Shown one piece after another: positions 17,812 to 27,295 of a stretch of 64,000 nucleotides of DNA (position 1 is its first letter; each line of letters starts with the position of its first letter). The DNA is from Phycisphaerales bacterium (GTDB taxonomy: Bacteria; Planctomycetota; Phycisphaerae; Phycisphaerales; SM1A02), in assembly GCA_020345805.1 (NCBI GenBank), contig CP070772.1, positions 3,090,365 to 3,154,364 on the forward strand. The letters run 5' to 3'. The notes under the pieces were generated by a model that was given only the letters and a program-made list of their open reading frames with translations, did not search any database and was not told the DNA's origin. The position numbers and the translations under genes are program-made.

Positions 17812-20253
17812 ATGACACGACAACCTTGCGAAGGCCGGGTGGAAAGGCATGGCACGCAGTGCCGGGCGGAACCGGGTCGGTTGGTCCAGCGCGGTCGTGG
17901 ACTGCGCCGCGGCGTGTCATCCGTCCTGGCGATGATGTTCATGGTGATCTTCGGATCGCTCGCGGCGGCGATGGCGGTGGTGGCGCAGGGCAATCTGCGC
18001 ACTGCCGACTCCGGCCTGAAGATGTCCCGGGCGATGAGCGCGGCGGAAACCGGCCTGATCTTCGCCGGCCGTCGTCTGGCCGCCGAAGCCCGTCGCTTCG
18101 TGGTCGAGAAGGGCGTTATCGACGATGCCTTTGCTCAAGACCTCTGGATGGGAACCTACGACGAGGGCACTGATGGGACGGTGGAAGTTCTCCCGCCTCA
18201 AGGCTACGACGTCGAGACTCCGCCTACCGGGGTGGTCGAAGCGGTGCGTGACGCGCACCTTGCGGACACACACTGGCTCATCATCGATGCCGGCGATGAG
18301 TCACTTCCGGAAATCGACCCGACCTACGGCACCTTACGCGTGCGACCCATCGGCCTCACCAACGAGGAAAACGGCCCCTATTTCCGCCTGCTTTACGAGC
18401 TGGTCTCCGGCGAGCCGGCCATCCGCGTTACCAGCGTTGGCGTGGACGGGGCCATCCAGCGAAGCCTGCAGATGGACTTCCGGCTGGACAAGAAAATCGA
18501 GTTTGCCATCCTCAGCCCCAACCGAGTGATGATCGGCAAGAACGTGCGCGTGGAGGGACCGCTGGGATCTCGCTACGGGTTGGTTGAGGGCGAGCTGGAT
18601 CCGGAGAACGGCGATCCGCTCGTAATGCGCAGCGACTTCTACTGGCTGGATGAACCGCTCGATGCACTCTTGGACACGTTCTTCACGGCCATCCTCAGCT
18701 ATGACGTGGACGGTGACGGGCGACTGCGCCCGGATCATCCGGTGGAAGGCGAGGCCGTCGATACCTATCCGCAACTGGTGGATTACGACGGCGATGAGTA
18801 CATCGATGACTGCGATCTGTTCATGGATCATTACGACACCAACGCCGACTACATGGTGGTCTATGACACAGCTCTGGCCAGCGCTGCCGGTCTTGGGTCG
18901 CTCGCCGAGGAGTTCGACGACATCGACGACCAGTTGGCCCGCCTGATTGATGAAGCCAATCCGGACCGCGACGGTGACGGTGAGATCACCGCCGCCGACA
19001 CCGGACTCGGCTACCGGGACGGCGTGATCGATACCAACGATCTGTACGCCAAGGTGCGGGGTCGGTTGGCGTTCGCCGTGGCCCGCGCCGCCTGGGAGTC
19101 CTATCACGGGGCAAGCTACCAGACGGTGGTGAACGGTCCGATCCGGGCCGACATCGATGAAGCGCCGGTGACCTTCGAGGTCACGGACGAGGACATGCGC
19201 GAGATCACCACCGACATGTTCAGCGACACCCAGACCTGGTTCGAAGGTCAAGTGCCAAACGATCCGGACGACTTCGAATCCCAGCGCGACGCCAGCGGGA
19301 CCTTCACTCCCTACGTGCCGGGCGATAGACGGGAATCAATCCCCTACGGATCCTCAGCGGCCTACGACTACTACGCGCGCGACCGCTACGAAGGCATAAC
19401 ATTCCGCAACGTCCGTATCCCCATGGGTTGTAACGGCCTGTTCGTCGACTGCACCTTCATTGGCGTCACCTTCGTCGAGACCGAACCGGACTGCCTGCAC
19501 GAGAACTGGAACTACGCCGACGCCCGTGAGGAGGTGGAGGACCCGCCCGGTTCCGGAAACTGGACTTATCAGGTCCGGTTCCCCGAGTTGGTCGCGACAC
19601 TGTCCGACAACACTCCCGTTCCGGACACTCGGGTGATGTCCAACAACATCCGCTTCCACAACTGCACGTTCCTCGGTTCGATCTCGGGCGTGAAACCCGG
19701 TGAATACACGCACTGGCGGAACAAGGTCCAGATCACCGGCGTCAACACGCGCTCCTACTGCGATCCCGATGACCCGGATCTGGACGGCGAGCCCGATGCC
19801 GATGCTCTGAGAGTTCTGCTGAACTCGATAAATCCGGAGGACCTGGAGGAGTTGCAGAAGTCCTCGATCCTCATGCCCGGCTGGTCGTTCGACGTAGGTA
19901 ACTTCAGCAACGAGGACGCCGACGCGACCAGCAAACTCAAGCTCAAGGGGACCATCATTGCGGGTATTCTCGATGTCCGCGGCACTGCCGACGTCCACGG
20001 CACGCTGCTGATGACATTCCGTCCTCAGGAGGGCGTGGGGCCCCTGTTCTACGGTGGTCTTCCCGATGCGTTCAACACCACCATCGGCTACTTCGAGCCC
20101 GAGGCCGGGGGGCTGGAAGGCAAGCCTCTGGAGGAAATCCAGGCCCAAGGGTTCGGTGAAATCTCGCTGCGGTACAACCCGGAGGCGAAACTCCCCGACG
20201 GCATCCCCTGGCCGATCTGCGCCGTCCCCGATCCCGATACTTATCGGGAATGA
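17812..20253 (+). CDS. large PilX-N-like pilus-associated protein with DxDxDG calcium motifs and beta-helix-like repeats
   Basis: The N-terminal RRGVSSVLAMMFMVIFGSLAAAMAVVAQGN resembles the PilX N-terminal helix. Calcium-type motifs YDVDGDGRL, DYDGDEYIDDCDLF and NPDRDGDGEITAAD. Beta-helix-like FRNVRIP..FVDCTFIGVTF..IRFHNCTFLGSI. Confidence 0.55.
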   Translation: MTRQPCEGRVERHGTQCRAEPGRLVQRGRGLRRGVSSVLAMMFMVIFGSLAAAMAVVAQGNLRTADSGLKMSRAMSAAETGLIFAGRRLAAEARRFVVEKGVIDDAFAQDLWMGTYDEGTDGTVEVLPPQGYDVETPPTGVVEAVRDAHLADTHWLIIDAGDESLPEIDPTYGTLRVRPIGLTNEENGPYFRLLYELVSGEPAIRVTSVGVDGAIQRSLQMDFRLDKKIEFAILSPNRVMIGKNVRVEGPLGSRYGLVEGELDPENGDPLVMRSDFYWLDEPLDALLDTFFTAILSYDVDGDGRLRPDHPVEGEAVDTYPQLVDYDGDEYIDDCDLFMDHYDTNADYMVVYDTALASAAGLGSLAEEFDDIDDQLARLIDEANPDRDGDGEITAADTGLGYRDGVIDTNDLYAKVRGRLAFAVARAAWESYHGASYQTVVNGPIRADIDEAPVTFEVTDEDMREITTDMFSDTQTWFEGQVPNDPDDFESQRDASGTFTPYVPGDRRESIPYGSSAAYDYYARDRYEGITFRNVRIPMGCNGLFVDCTFIGVTFVETEPDCLHENWNYADAREEVEDPPGSGNWTYQVRFPELVATLSDNTPVPDTRVMSNNIRFHNCTFLGSISGVKPGEYTHWRNKVQITGVNTRSYCDPDDPDLDGEPDADALRVLLNSINPEDLEELQKSSILMPGWSFDVGNFSNEDADATSKLKLKGTIIAGILDVRGTADVHGTLLMTFRPQEGVGPLFYGGLPDAFNTTIGYFEPEAGGLEGKPLEEIQAQGFGEISLRYNPEAKLPDGIPWPICAVPDPDTYRE

Positions 20254-20900
20254 GGTGTGTTATGAGTAAGCCTTCCCACGTTCTCCACCGTCCCGTCTGC
20301 CGCCGACCGATTTCGAGGCGCGGGTTCAACCTGGTGGAATTGCTGATTGCCCTGGCCATCAGCGCCGCTCTGCTCACCGCCACCATGGTGGCCCTGGACG
20401 CGTCATTCACCGCCTACCAGATGACCACCGAGGTCGCCTCCACCCACACCATCGGCCGTCTCACCATCGAGCGGATGCAGGCGTTGATCCGAACCGGCAC
20501 CGACTTCGGCCCCTTTCCGGTCAATCCCCGGGATTCAATCGTCGTGAGTGACTACATCGAGTTCCGAACGCCCGGTACGACCGTGAACCCTCAGGGGCAG
20601 ATCATGACCCTGGAGTGGCGGGAGGATGATCAGGCGCTCTTCGTCATCGTCACAGATCCGGACACCGGCGTCGACGAGGAGCATCTTCTGCTGGAGGGGG
20701 TGGTTCCCCAGTACGATGAGGATGAGCAACTCATCCATCCCTTCACCCTGGAATACGAGCTGGGGCGCAGCCTCTACCGGGCCACGATCGATATGACGAT
20801 CATCCCTGACGACAACATGAGTCTGGAGATCGAAGGCGACAACCAGCAGCCCATCCGTCTGGTGGCTTCGGCCATGCCTCGGACCGCCGCGTACAGATAA
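20250..20900 (+). CDS. prepilin-type N-terminal cleavage/methylation domain pseudopilin
   Basis: RRG|FNLVELLIALAISAALLTATMVAL. The ATG overlaps the upstream stop (ATGA), which suggests translational coupling. Confidence 0.7.
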   Translation: MRCVMSKPSHVLHRPVCRRPISRRGFNLVELLIALAISAALLTATMVALDASFTAYQMTTEVASTHTIGRLTIERMQALIRTGTDFGPFPVNPRDSIVVSDYIEFRTPGTTVNPQGQIMTLEWREDDQALFVIVTDPDTGVDEEHLLLEGVVPQYDEDEQLIHPFTLEYELGRSLYRATIDMTIIPDDNMSLEIEGDNQQPIRLVASAMPRTAAYR

Positions 20901-20949
20901 TGATCGCCGGCCGAGATCCGGCCCGGTCTTGACTTCATCCCTCCGTTCG

Positions 20950-23145
20950 TCAACCGCCGGTCTTTCGACCCTGCGGAGCGCGATTCGAACGGTCAGTTCC
21001 GGACTCGTCTCGCCGTGCTGACTGCAGGGCCAGATTGATCAGCGCCTGGTGCGTGCCGAGGGCGGCGGAGGAGTCCTCCGGAAGCTTGTCCGGCTGCCGC
21101 AGCGTGTAATCACCGTCGGCGCCCATGTCCCAGCACTGTCGCCGATCTTCCAAGGCCGTTTGGAGAATGTTCCATAACCTTCCGCGCAGGGGCCGGTCCT
21201 CCACGGGGCAGATCGCTTCCACACGGTGGTGCAGGTTGCGGCGCATCCAATCACCGGAGCCGATGAAGAACTCGCCCTTCAGGGGCTTGTCCGGACTCTT
21301 GCCCCTGCCGAAGTAGTAGATCCGGCTGTGCTCGAGGAACCGGCCGATCACACTCATGACGCGGATGTTCTCGCTCATGCCCTTCACGCCGGGCCGCAGA
21401 GTGCAGAAGCCGCGCACGATCAGGTCGATTTTCACTCCCGCCTGGCTGGCCCGGTACAGCGCCCTGATCATCTCCCGATCCTGAAGCTGGTTCATCTTCG
21501 CGATGATGCGTCCCGGACGGTCCGGCCTGTGCAGCTCGATCTCCCGCTCGATCAACTCCAGGAACCGGTCCTCCATGCTGAGCGGAGCCACGAGCAGCTT
21601 CTGGTACTGCTTATGCAGGGACTGGCCGGTGATGGCGTTGAACAGGTCCACCACATCGCGGGTGATGAGCGGGTCGCAGGTGAGCAGGCCGATATCTTCG
21701 TACAGGCGCGCGGTCTTGGAGTGGTAGTTGCCCGTACCGATGTGAGCGTAGCAACGGACGCCGTCCTGCTCCTTGCGGACGATGAGCGTGACCTTGGTGT
21801 GGGTCTTGAGTCCCACTACGCCGTAAGCCACGTGCACCCCGGCGTCCTCAAGCTTGTGGGCCCAGACGATGTTACGCGCCTCGTCAAACCGGGCCCTGAG
21901 TTCGACGAGCACCGCCACCTGCTTGCCGGCCTCGGCGGCGCGGATCAGTTCGGGAATGAACGGGCTGTCGCCGGAAGTCCGGTACAGCGCCTGCTTCATC
22001 CCCAGCACGTTCGGGTCCGAGGCGGCTTCCCGCACGAACCGCTCCACGCTGGCGTCGAACGATTCATACGGATGATGCACCAGCACGTCGCCCTTGCGAA
22101 TCACGCTGAAAATGTCCTGGCTGTCGTCGGCCAGCCGGGGGGGGACGATCGGCGCGAACGGGACGAAGTGATGCTCACCCAGCGGCAGGTCCGCGATCTG
22201 GTGCAGTGAGCCGTAGTTGATCAGACCCTCGGTCTCGTAAACATCATCCGGCCGGACTTCCATCTCATCGCAGAGGTACTCAAGCAATTTTCGGTCCGGG
22301 TTGGTGCCGATCTGCAGTCTCACTACCGGGGCGAACCGCCGCTCGCGAAGCTGGTGCTGGATCTGCATCAGCAGGTCCTCGGCATCCTCGTGCTCCTGCT
22401 CCACATCGGCGTTGCGGGTTACCCGGAACGGCAGGACCTGCCGGATCTCCATTCCCGGGAACAGGTCGCCCAGATGGGCCTCGATCACGTCCTCCAGCGA
22501 TACGAACCGCATCGTGTCACCGATCTGACACCACTGATCCATCACCTCCACCTCCGGCACTTTTACCCGGGCAAAGAGGCGATCGGCCTTGTCCGGCCGG
22601 CGCAGCATCACCCCCAGCGACAGACTCAGGTTGGAGATGAAGGGAAATCGGTGCCCGGGATCCACTGCCAGCGGGGTGAGCACGGGAAAGACATCACGCC
22701 GGTACCAGTCATTGACAAACTCGCGGTCCTGATCATCCAGGTCACGATAGTGCAGCAGCTGAATGCCGAGGTCCTGAAGGGCGGGCAGAATATGGTTGCG
22801 ATAGCACTCGGCCTTGCGATGGGTGAGCGGGATCACGTGCCGGCGGATCTCTTCCAGCAGAGCCTGAGGAGTCATCTGCTCGTGGGCGACCGTCGCGACG
22901 CCCGCATCGACCTGACGCCTCAGGCCGCCCACCCGCTTCATGAAGAACTCGTCGAGGTTGGACGAGAAGATCGCCAGGAACCGGACACGCTCCAGCAGGG
23001 GCGTCCGCTCGTCGATTGCCTGATGCAGCACCCGCTCGTTAAACCGCAGCCATTGCAGATCGCGGTTCAGGAACAGCGGCTCGTCAGGCGGGGGGACGAA
23101 GGGCCGGCTGTCGTCCTGGTTGGCGCTTGCGCTGGCTTGGGTCAT
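20950..23145 (-). CDS. ppk1: polyphosphate kinase 1
   Basis: 731 aa. FLNRDLQWLRFNERVL, RFLAIFSSNLDEFFMKRV, two PLD-like HxK regions (THTKVTLIVR, LEHSRIYYF). Confidence 0.9.
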   Translation of the reverse strand: MTQASASANQDDSRPFVPPPDEPLFLNRDLQWLRFNERVLHQAIDERTPLLERVRFLAIFSSNLDEFFMKRVGGLRRQVDAGVATVAHEQMTPQALLEEIRRHVIPLTHRKAECYRNHILPALQDLGIQLLHYRDLDDQDREFVNDWYRRDVFPVLTPLAVDPGHRFPFISNLSLSLGVMLRRPDKADRLFARVKVPEVEVMDQWCQIGDTMRFVSLEDVIEAHLGDLFPGMEIRQVLPFRVTRNADVEQEHEDAEDLLMQIQHQLRERRFAPVVRLQIGTNPDRKLLEYLCDEMEVRPDDVYETEGLINYGSLHQIADLPLGEHHFVPFAPIVPPRLADDSQDIFSVIRKGDVLVHHPYESFDASVERFVREAASDPNVLGMKQALYRTSGDSPFIPELIRAAEAGKQVAVLVELRARFDEARNIVWAHKLEDAGVHVAYGVVGLKTHTKVTLIVRKEQDGVRCYAHIGTGNYHSKTARLYEDIGLLTCDPLITRDVVDLFNAITGQSLHKQYQKLLVAPLSMEDRFLELIEREIELHRPDRPGRIIAKMNQLQDREMIRALYRASQAGVKIDLIVRGFCTLRPGVKGMSENIRVMSVIGRFLEHSRIYYFGRGKSPDKPLKGEFFIGSGDWMRRNLHHRVEAICPVEDRPLRGRLWNILQTALEDRRQCWDMGADGDYTLRQPDKLPEDSSAALGTHQALINLALQSARRDESGTDRSNRAPQGRKTGG

Positions 23146-23146
23146 C

Positions 23147-23512
23147 TCAGCTCATCCGGTAGGTCGCCGCGCAGCCCGGCTCTTCGATCACCGTCACGCG
23201 GGACACCGTCGCCTGCGACTTCAGGGCCTCCGCGGCCTGCTCGGCAATGTGCTTCGCTACGTGTTCGGCGGTGGGGTTGAGCCGGTCAAAGGGCGGCGTG
23301 GCGTTCAGATCACGATCGTTAAGATCGCCGATAATCCGGTCAAGCTCGCGTTGGATTACCAGAAAATCGCACAGCAAACCGTCCTCATCCAGCTCCCGAC
23401 CCGCCACCACCACCGTCACCTGCCAGTCGTGCTCGTGGCCGTCCTCCTGCTCGCCGCAGATGGTGATCGCGTGGGCGGCCCGGAACTTACGCTGAACGCT
23501 CAACTCGTACAT
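23147..23512 (-). CDS. queD: 6-carboxytetrahydropterin synthase (QueD / PTPS family)
   Basis: 121 aa. FRAAHAI..GHEHDWQVTV...LLCDF pattern. Sits immediately upstream of ppk1 (1-nt gap). Confidence 0.8.
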   Translation of the reverse strand: MYELSVQRKFRAAHAITICGEQEDGHEHDWQVTVVVAGRELDEDGLLCDFLVIQRELDRIIGDLNDRDLNATPPFDRLNPTAEHVAKHIAEQAAEALKSQATVSRVTVIEEPGCAATYRMS

Positions 23513-23596
23513 CGCGTACTCACTATACCCCCCCCACAGGTTTTGCGGATGCCGTCTTCATGCGACACCTGTCGCGATCGAATATCCTGACCCACC

Positions 23597-25036
23597 ATGA
23601 CCACCCAGACACCGCCCCAGGCCGCCGATGCCCCCCTGATGCTCTCCGTTTCCGGAGCCCGGGGGATTGTGGGCAGGACGATGACCCCGGCCGTTGCCGC
23701 CGATTTCGCCGCCGCCTATGGCTCGCACGTCAAGGACCTCACCGGCAAGGCCGACCCGCTTTTCTGCCTCGGCCGCGACAGCCGGCCGTCGGGGCAGATG
23801 CTCACCGCCGCGGTGGTGGCCGGGCTTACCGCGGCCGGATGCCGGGTCGTCGAACTGGGCATCGTCACCACACCCACGGTGGGAGTGATGATTGGCAAGC
23901 ACCACGCCGATGCGGGGATGGTCGTCACCGCCTCCCACAACCCCATCATCTGGAACGGCCTGAAGTGCCTCGATTCCAACGGCCTGGCCCCGCCCCCGGA
24001 GATAGCGCAGCAGATCATCGAACGGTTCAAGGCCCGCGATATCGGCTATGCGGCAGTGGAGGATCTTCATCCCGCCCGCGAAGATGCGACGGGGCACGAA
24101 ACGCACATCGATCGCGTGCTGGCGAACATCGATCCGGCCCCGATCCGGGCCGCCGGCTTCAAGGTCGTTCTCGATTCGGTGAACGGCGCCGGCTGCGTGG
24201 CCGGGCGGATGCTGCTGGAAGCGCTGGGCTGTGAGGTCATCCACCTCAACGGCGAGCCGACGGGCATCTTCGCCCACACGCCCGAACCCACCGCCGAGAA
24301 TCTCACCGATCTCTGCCGCGCGGTCAAAGACGCCCGCGCCGCTTGCGGCTTCGCCCAGGACCCTGACGGCGACCGTCTCGCGATTGTCGATGAAACGGGC
24401 GCCTACATCGGCGAGGAATACACACTCGTCCTCGCCGCCAAGCGCCTGCTCGATCAACATGGCCCGGCTATTCTGGCGGCGAATCTCTCCACCAGCCGCA
24501 TGATCGACGATCTGGCCGCACAGTATCCCGGCTCAAAGGTTCTGCGCACCGCGGTGGGGGAGGCGAACGTCGCCGCCGCGATGCAGCAGGCCGGCGCGCT
24601 TGTCGGTGGGGAGGGCAACGGCGGCGTGATATATCCGCCGGTGTGCTGGATCCGCGATTCCCTCACCGCCATGGCCCTCACCCTGAGCCTGCTGGCGGAC
24701 GATCCTCGCAACGAATCGCTCAGCAAAATCGTGGGGGGGGTGCCGCGCTACTCAATGATCAAGAAGAAGCTGGACCTGACAAACATCGGCGGCCGCGACG
24801 CCGTCCCGGGCATCCTCGAACGCCTTTCCACCCCGAAAAAGGCGTCAGGTTCTTTTTTCGGCGAGGAAGTGGAAGTGAACACGGTTGACGGCGTGCGCAT
24901 CGATTTCGCCGACGGCTGGGTGCACGTCCGGCCGTCCAATACCGAGCCGATTCTCCGCCTCATCGCCGAAGCGCAGACGGAGAAGCGGGCGGCTGAATTG
25001 ATCGATCAGGTTGCTGAGATCGCCGGGATTGGCTGA
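23597..25036 (+). CDS. phosphohexomutase (phosphoglucosamine/phosphomannomutase family)
   Basis: Active-site loop VVTASHNPIIWNGLK, metal loop FAQDPDGDRL, GGEGNGG sugar-binding loop. Confidence 0.8.
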   Translation: MTTQTPPQAADAPLMLSVSGARGIVGRTMTPAVAADFAAAYGSHVKDLTGKADPLFCLGRDSRPSGQMLTAAVVAGLTAAGCRVVELGIVTTPTVGVMIGKHHADAGMVVTASHNPIIWNGLKCLDSNGLAPPPEIAQQIIERFKARDIGYAAVEDLHPAREDATGHETHIDRVLANIDPAPIRAAGFKVVLDSVNGAGCVAGRMLLEALGCEVIHLNGEPTGIFAHTPEPTAENLTDLCRAVKDARAACGFAQDPDGDRLAIVDETGAYIGEEYTLVLAAKRLLDQHGPAILAANLSTSRMIDDLAAQYPGSKVLRTAVGEANVAAAMQQAGALVGGEGNGGVIYPPVCWIRDSLTAMALTLSLLADDPRNESLSKIVGGVPRYSMIKKKLDLTNIGGRDAVPGILERLSTPKKASGSFFGEEVEVNTVDGVRIDFADGWVHVRPSNTEPILRLIAEAQTEKRAAELIDQVAEIAGIG

Positions 25037-25042
25037 CAGGTC

Positions 25043-26575
25043 TTACCGGCCAGTCTCAATGTTCTCGATAGCCTTGCGCGCAGCTTCGCGCAATTCGTCA
25101 TCGTCATCTTGCAGTACGCTTCGTAGAGCAGGGAGGGCTTCGTAGGCGGCCGGTCCCCAATCACCGAGACGTCGGGCGACCCATACACGTATTCCCGTAT
25201 GCTCGTGGTGCAACAGCTTGATCAGGATTGGAACCGCCGTGGTCGACTCCACGTTCACCGCCTCGATCCAGCGCACACCACCCCAGAACAACCTCGGGTT
25301 ATCGTGGCTCAGGCAGTACTGCATGTCAGCCAGAGTCTCGTCGGGCACGTTCATCGGCTCTTTTCTGACCTGTTCGGACAGGCCTTCAAAGATCTCCTCA
25401 ATGGCGAATCGCACGTGAGATCCAACTTGCGGGTTGTCGGTGTCCGAGGCCTGGAAGAGCGATGGAAGAACGGGGGCGGCATCTTCGCGCAACAGGCCAA
25501 GTGCGGAGGCGGCAACCGCAACTCGCGCGGGATCATCAGATGTCAGCGCCTCCTCAAGCGGGCCGACGACCAAGTCGGGCGCGGTACCGAACTCCTGTAG
25601 GACGAGTACGGTCTGTTCCAGGTAGAGGAAGTCCGGATCTTGCAGTCTCCCAATGAGAGTCGTCTGAATTACATCATGATGCGACTCGAAAGTGCTCAGT
25701 GCAAGCAAGGTGTAGTTGATCAAGTAATCGGAATCTGAATCCAGCACATCCGTCATTATCGTCAGAACGCGATCGGCCTGCCCATTTGCCCGCGACAGAG
25801 CGGCGATTGCGGTGCGCTGCACCCAGTGATCACCGTTTTCGATCAGAGCCGCGATGCGGTCGACTGTCGCCGCCTGATTCAGCGTATTCAGAACGCGTTG
25901 GTGTTGCAGCAGCCGTAGCGTACGTATGTGAAGCGAGAGGTGCGGATTATCAAGAAGCGCGACAAGTGCTGGGCCGTCTTCAGGCTCGATCAGATCGTAA
26001 TCCGCGATAAGGTCCAAGGCCCTCCTGCAAGTCATCTGATTAATGCTGCCGCCTGTAGTCTTCATCAGCTCATCGTGGAAGAGCCGCCACTGCCAGTGGG
26101 TCAAACCATTGCGCTTCTGGATGACCGCATTGCGCGCGTCGTTGTGTGTTGCCCAGAGTTGTGTGTAATCGTTGAGCGGCGCCAGCCGAGCATGAAGCGC
26201 GTCCATCGCCCAGTTCGACTCCGTTCGCCCGATCATGAGGATCAACACGGTCGAAGGCATGACGGTCTCGATCCCGGCTCGCCTTACACTTGGCGTTCCG
26301 CACAGGCCGCCTCCGACAAAGGTGAGGACAACAGCGAGCATCGCCCAGCGCCAGCGGCGGTGTGTCTTGTGGAGCCTCTTTTCGCTCCTGATCATCCTGC
26401 CGCATTCGGGACAGCGGTAGGGCGGGTCGCCCTCTGCGCCGGTCATGTCGTAGAAGCACTTCGGGCAGCGTCTGCGGCCGCGGGATCGGTCGGCATAGAG
26501 CGCCCAGTACAGCAGCAGAAGGCTCGCTACGGCGAGCAGGCCGCCGCCGATCCAGAACAGCCAGTCGCTGAGCAT
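25043..26575 (-). CDS. membrane-anchored zinc-ribbon plus HEAT-repeat protein
   Basis: TM WLFWIGGGLLAVASLLLLYW, then CPKCFYDM..YRCPECG, then HEAT-like repeats to the C-terminus (LPALRSVLQDDDDELREAARKAIENI). GC is visibly lower than in the neighbours. The start is uncertain (26575 or 26644). Confidence 0.55.
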   Translation of the reverse strand: MLSDWLFWIGGGLLAVASLLLLYWALYADRSRGRRRCPKCFYDMTGAEGDPPYRCPECGRMIRSEKRLHKTHRRWRWAMLAVVLTFVGGGLCGTPSVRRAGIETVMPSTVLILMIGRTESNWAMDALHARLAPLNDYTQLWATHNDARNAVIQKRNGLTHWQWRLFHDELMKTTGGSINQMTCRRALDLIADYDLIEPEDGPALVALLDNPHLSLHIRTLRLLQHQRVLNTLNQAATVDRIAALIENGDHWVQRTAIAALSRANGQADRVLTIMTDVLDSDSDYLINYTLLALSTFESHHDVIQTTLIGRLQDPDFLYLEQTVLVLQEFGTAPDLVVGPLEEALTSDDPARVAVAASALGLLREDAAPVLPSLFQASDTDNPQVGSHVRFAIEEIFEGLSEQVRKEPMNVPDETLADMQYCLSHDNPRLFWGGVRWIEAVNVESTTAVPILIKLLHHEHTGIRVWVARRLGDWGPAAYEALPALRSVLQDDDDELREAARKAIENIETGR

Positions 26576-26737
26576 GGGGTTATTGTACGTGACGCGCCAA
26601 AGCTCTGTTCGATAGCGGCAGAGGAATCCGTTCGAACGGCTCAACCCACCCCCGCGCCCCCTCCCTGGCAGGGAGGGGGAAATGCTTGCGCGCGTCCGCG
26701 GGCTGGCAGCGCCGCGGCTACTGGCTTGTCAGGAAAC

Positions 26738-27289
26738 TCACTTGTTCGACGTCGCTGCGATCGGCGCTTTGATGGATTCGTGGATGGTCCAAGTCATGGG
26801 CTGCTGGGAGCAGTCGATGTGGACCATGAAGAATCCGCCGCGGTGTTCCTGGATGAGCGGGCCGATGATCTGGCGGTCAGTGTCGGGGATGGGCAGGTCG
26901 GGCACGCGATCGAGCGGTATCCATTCCAGCTTGCCTTCATCGAAGTGCGTCCAGTGAACTTCATCGTGGCCGATGGGGCGCATTATCTCGAACAGGTACA
27001 TCAGCCAGTGCGTTTCACCTTCGTATGCGCATTCGGAGACGATTCCGGTCAGGCGCACGTCGCCCGGAGCGAGGGTGAGGCCGGTTTCTTCCTTGATTTC
27101 GCGGATCGCGCAATCGTGCGGCCCTTCGCCGGTTTCCAGCTCGAGCTTGCCGCCGATTGGGGAGTACATGTCGGCGTTGGGGGACTTGACGCGATGCAGC
27201 AGCAGAAGGTTGTCGTCGCGATCGTAGAGATAACACAATACCGCGATGCGGTAGGGTAGGCCGATGTAATTGGCAGGCGGAGTGGACAT
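26738..27289 (-). CDS. NUDIX hydrolase
   Basis: Nudix box GGKLELETGEGPHDCAIREIKEETGL. Confidence 0.8.
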   Translation of the reverse strand: MSTPPANYIGLPYRIAVLCYLYDRDDNLLLLHRVKSPNADMYSPIGGKLELETGEGPHDCAIREIKEETGLTLAPGDVRLTGIVSECAYEGETHWLMYLFEIMRPIGHDEVHWTHFDEGKLEWIPLDRVPDLPIPDTDRQIIGPLIQEHRGGFFMVHIDCSQQPMTWTIHESIKAPIAATSNK

Positions 27290-27295
27290 GAATGA

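Noticed and set aside
23513-23596. preQ1 riboswitch upstream of queD
   Set aside because: The 84-nt leader lacks the conserved preQ1-I/II loop sequences as I remember them. Only a C8 run is notable.
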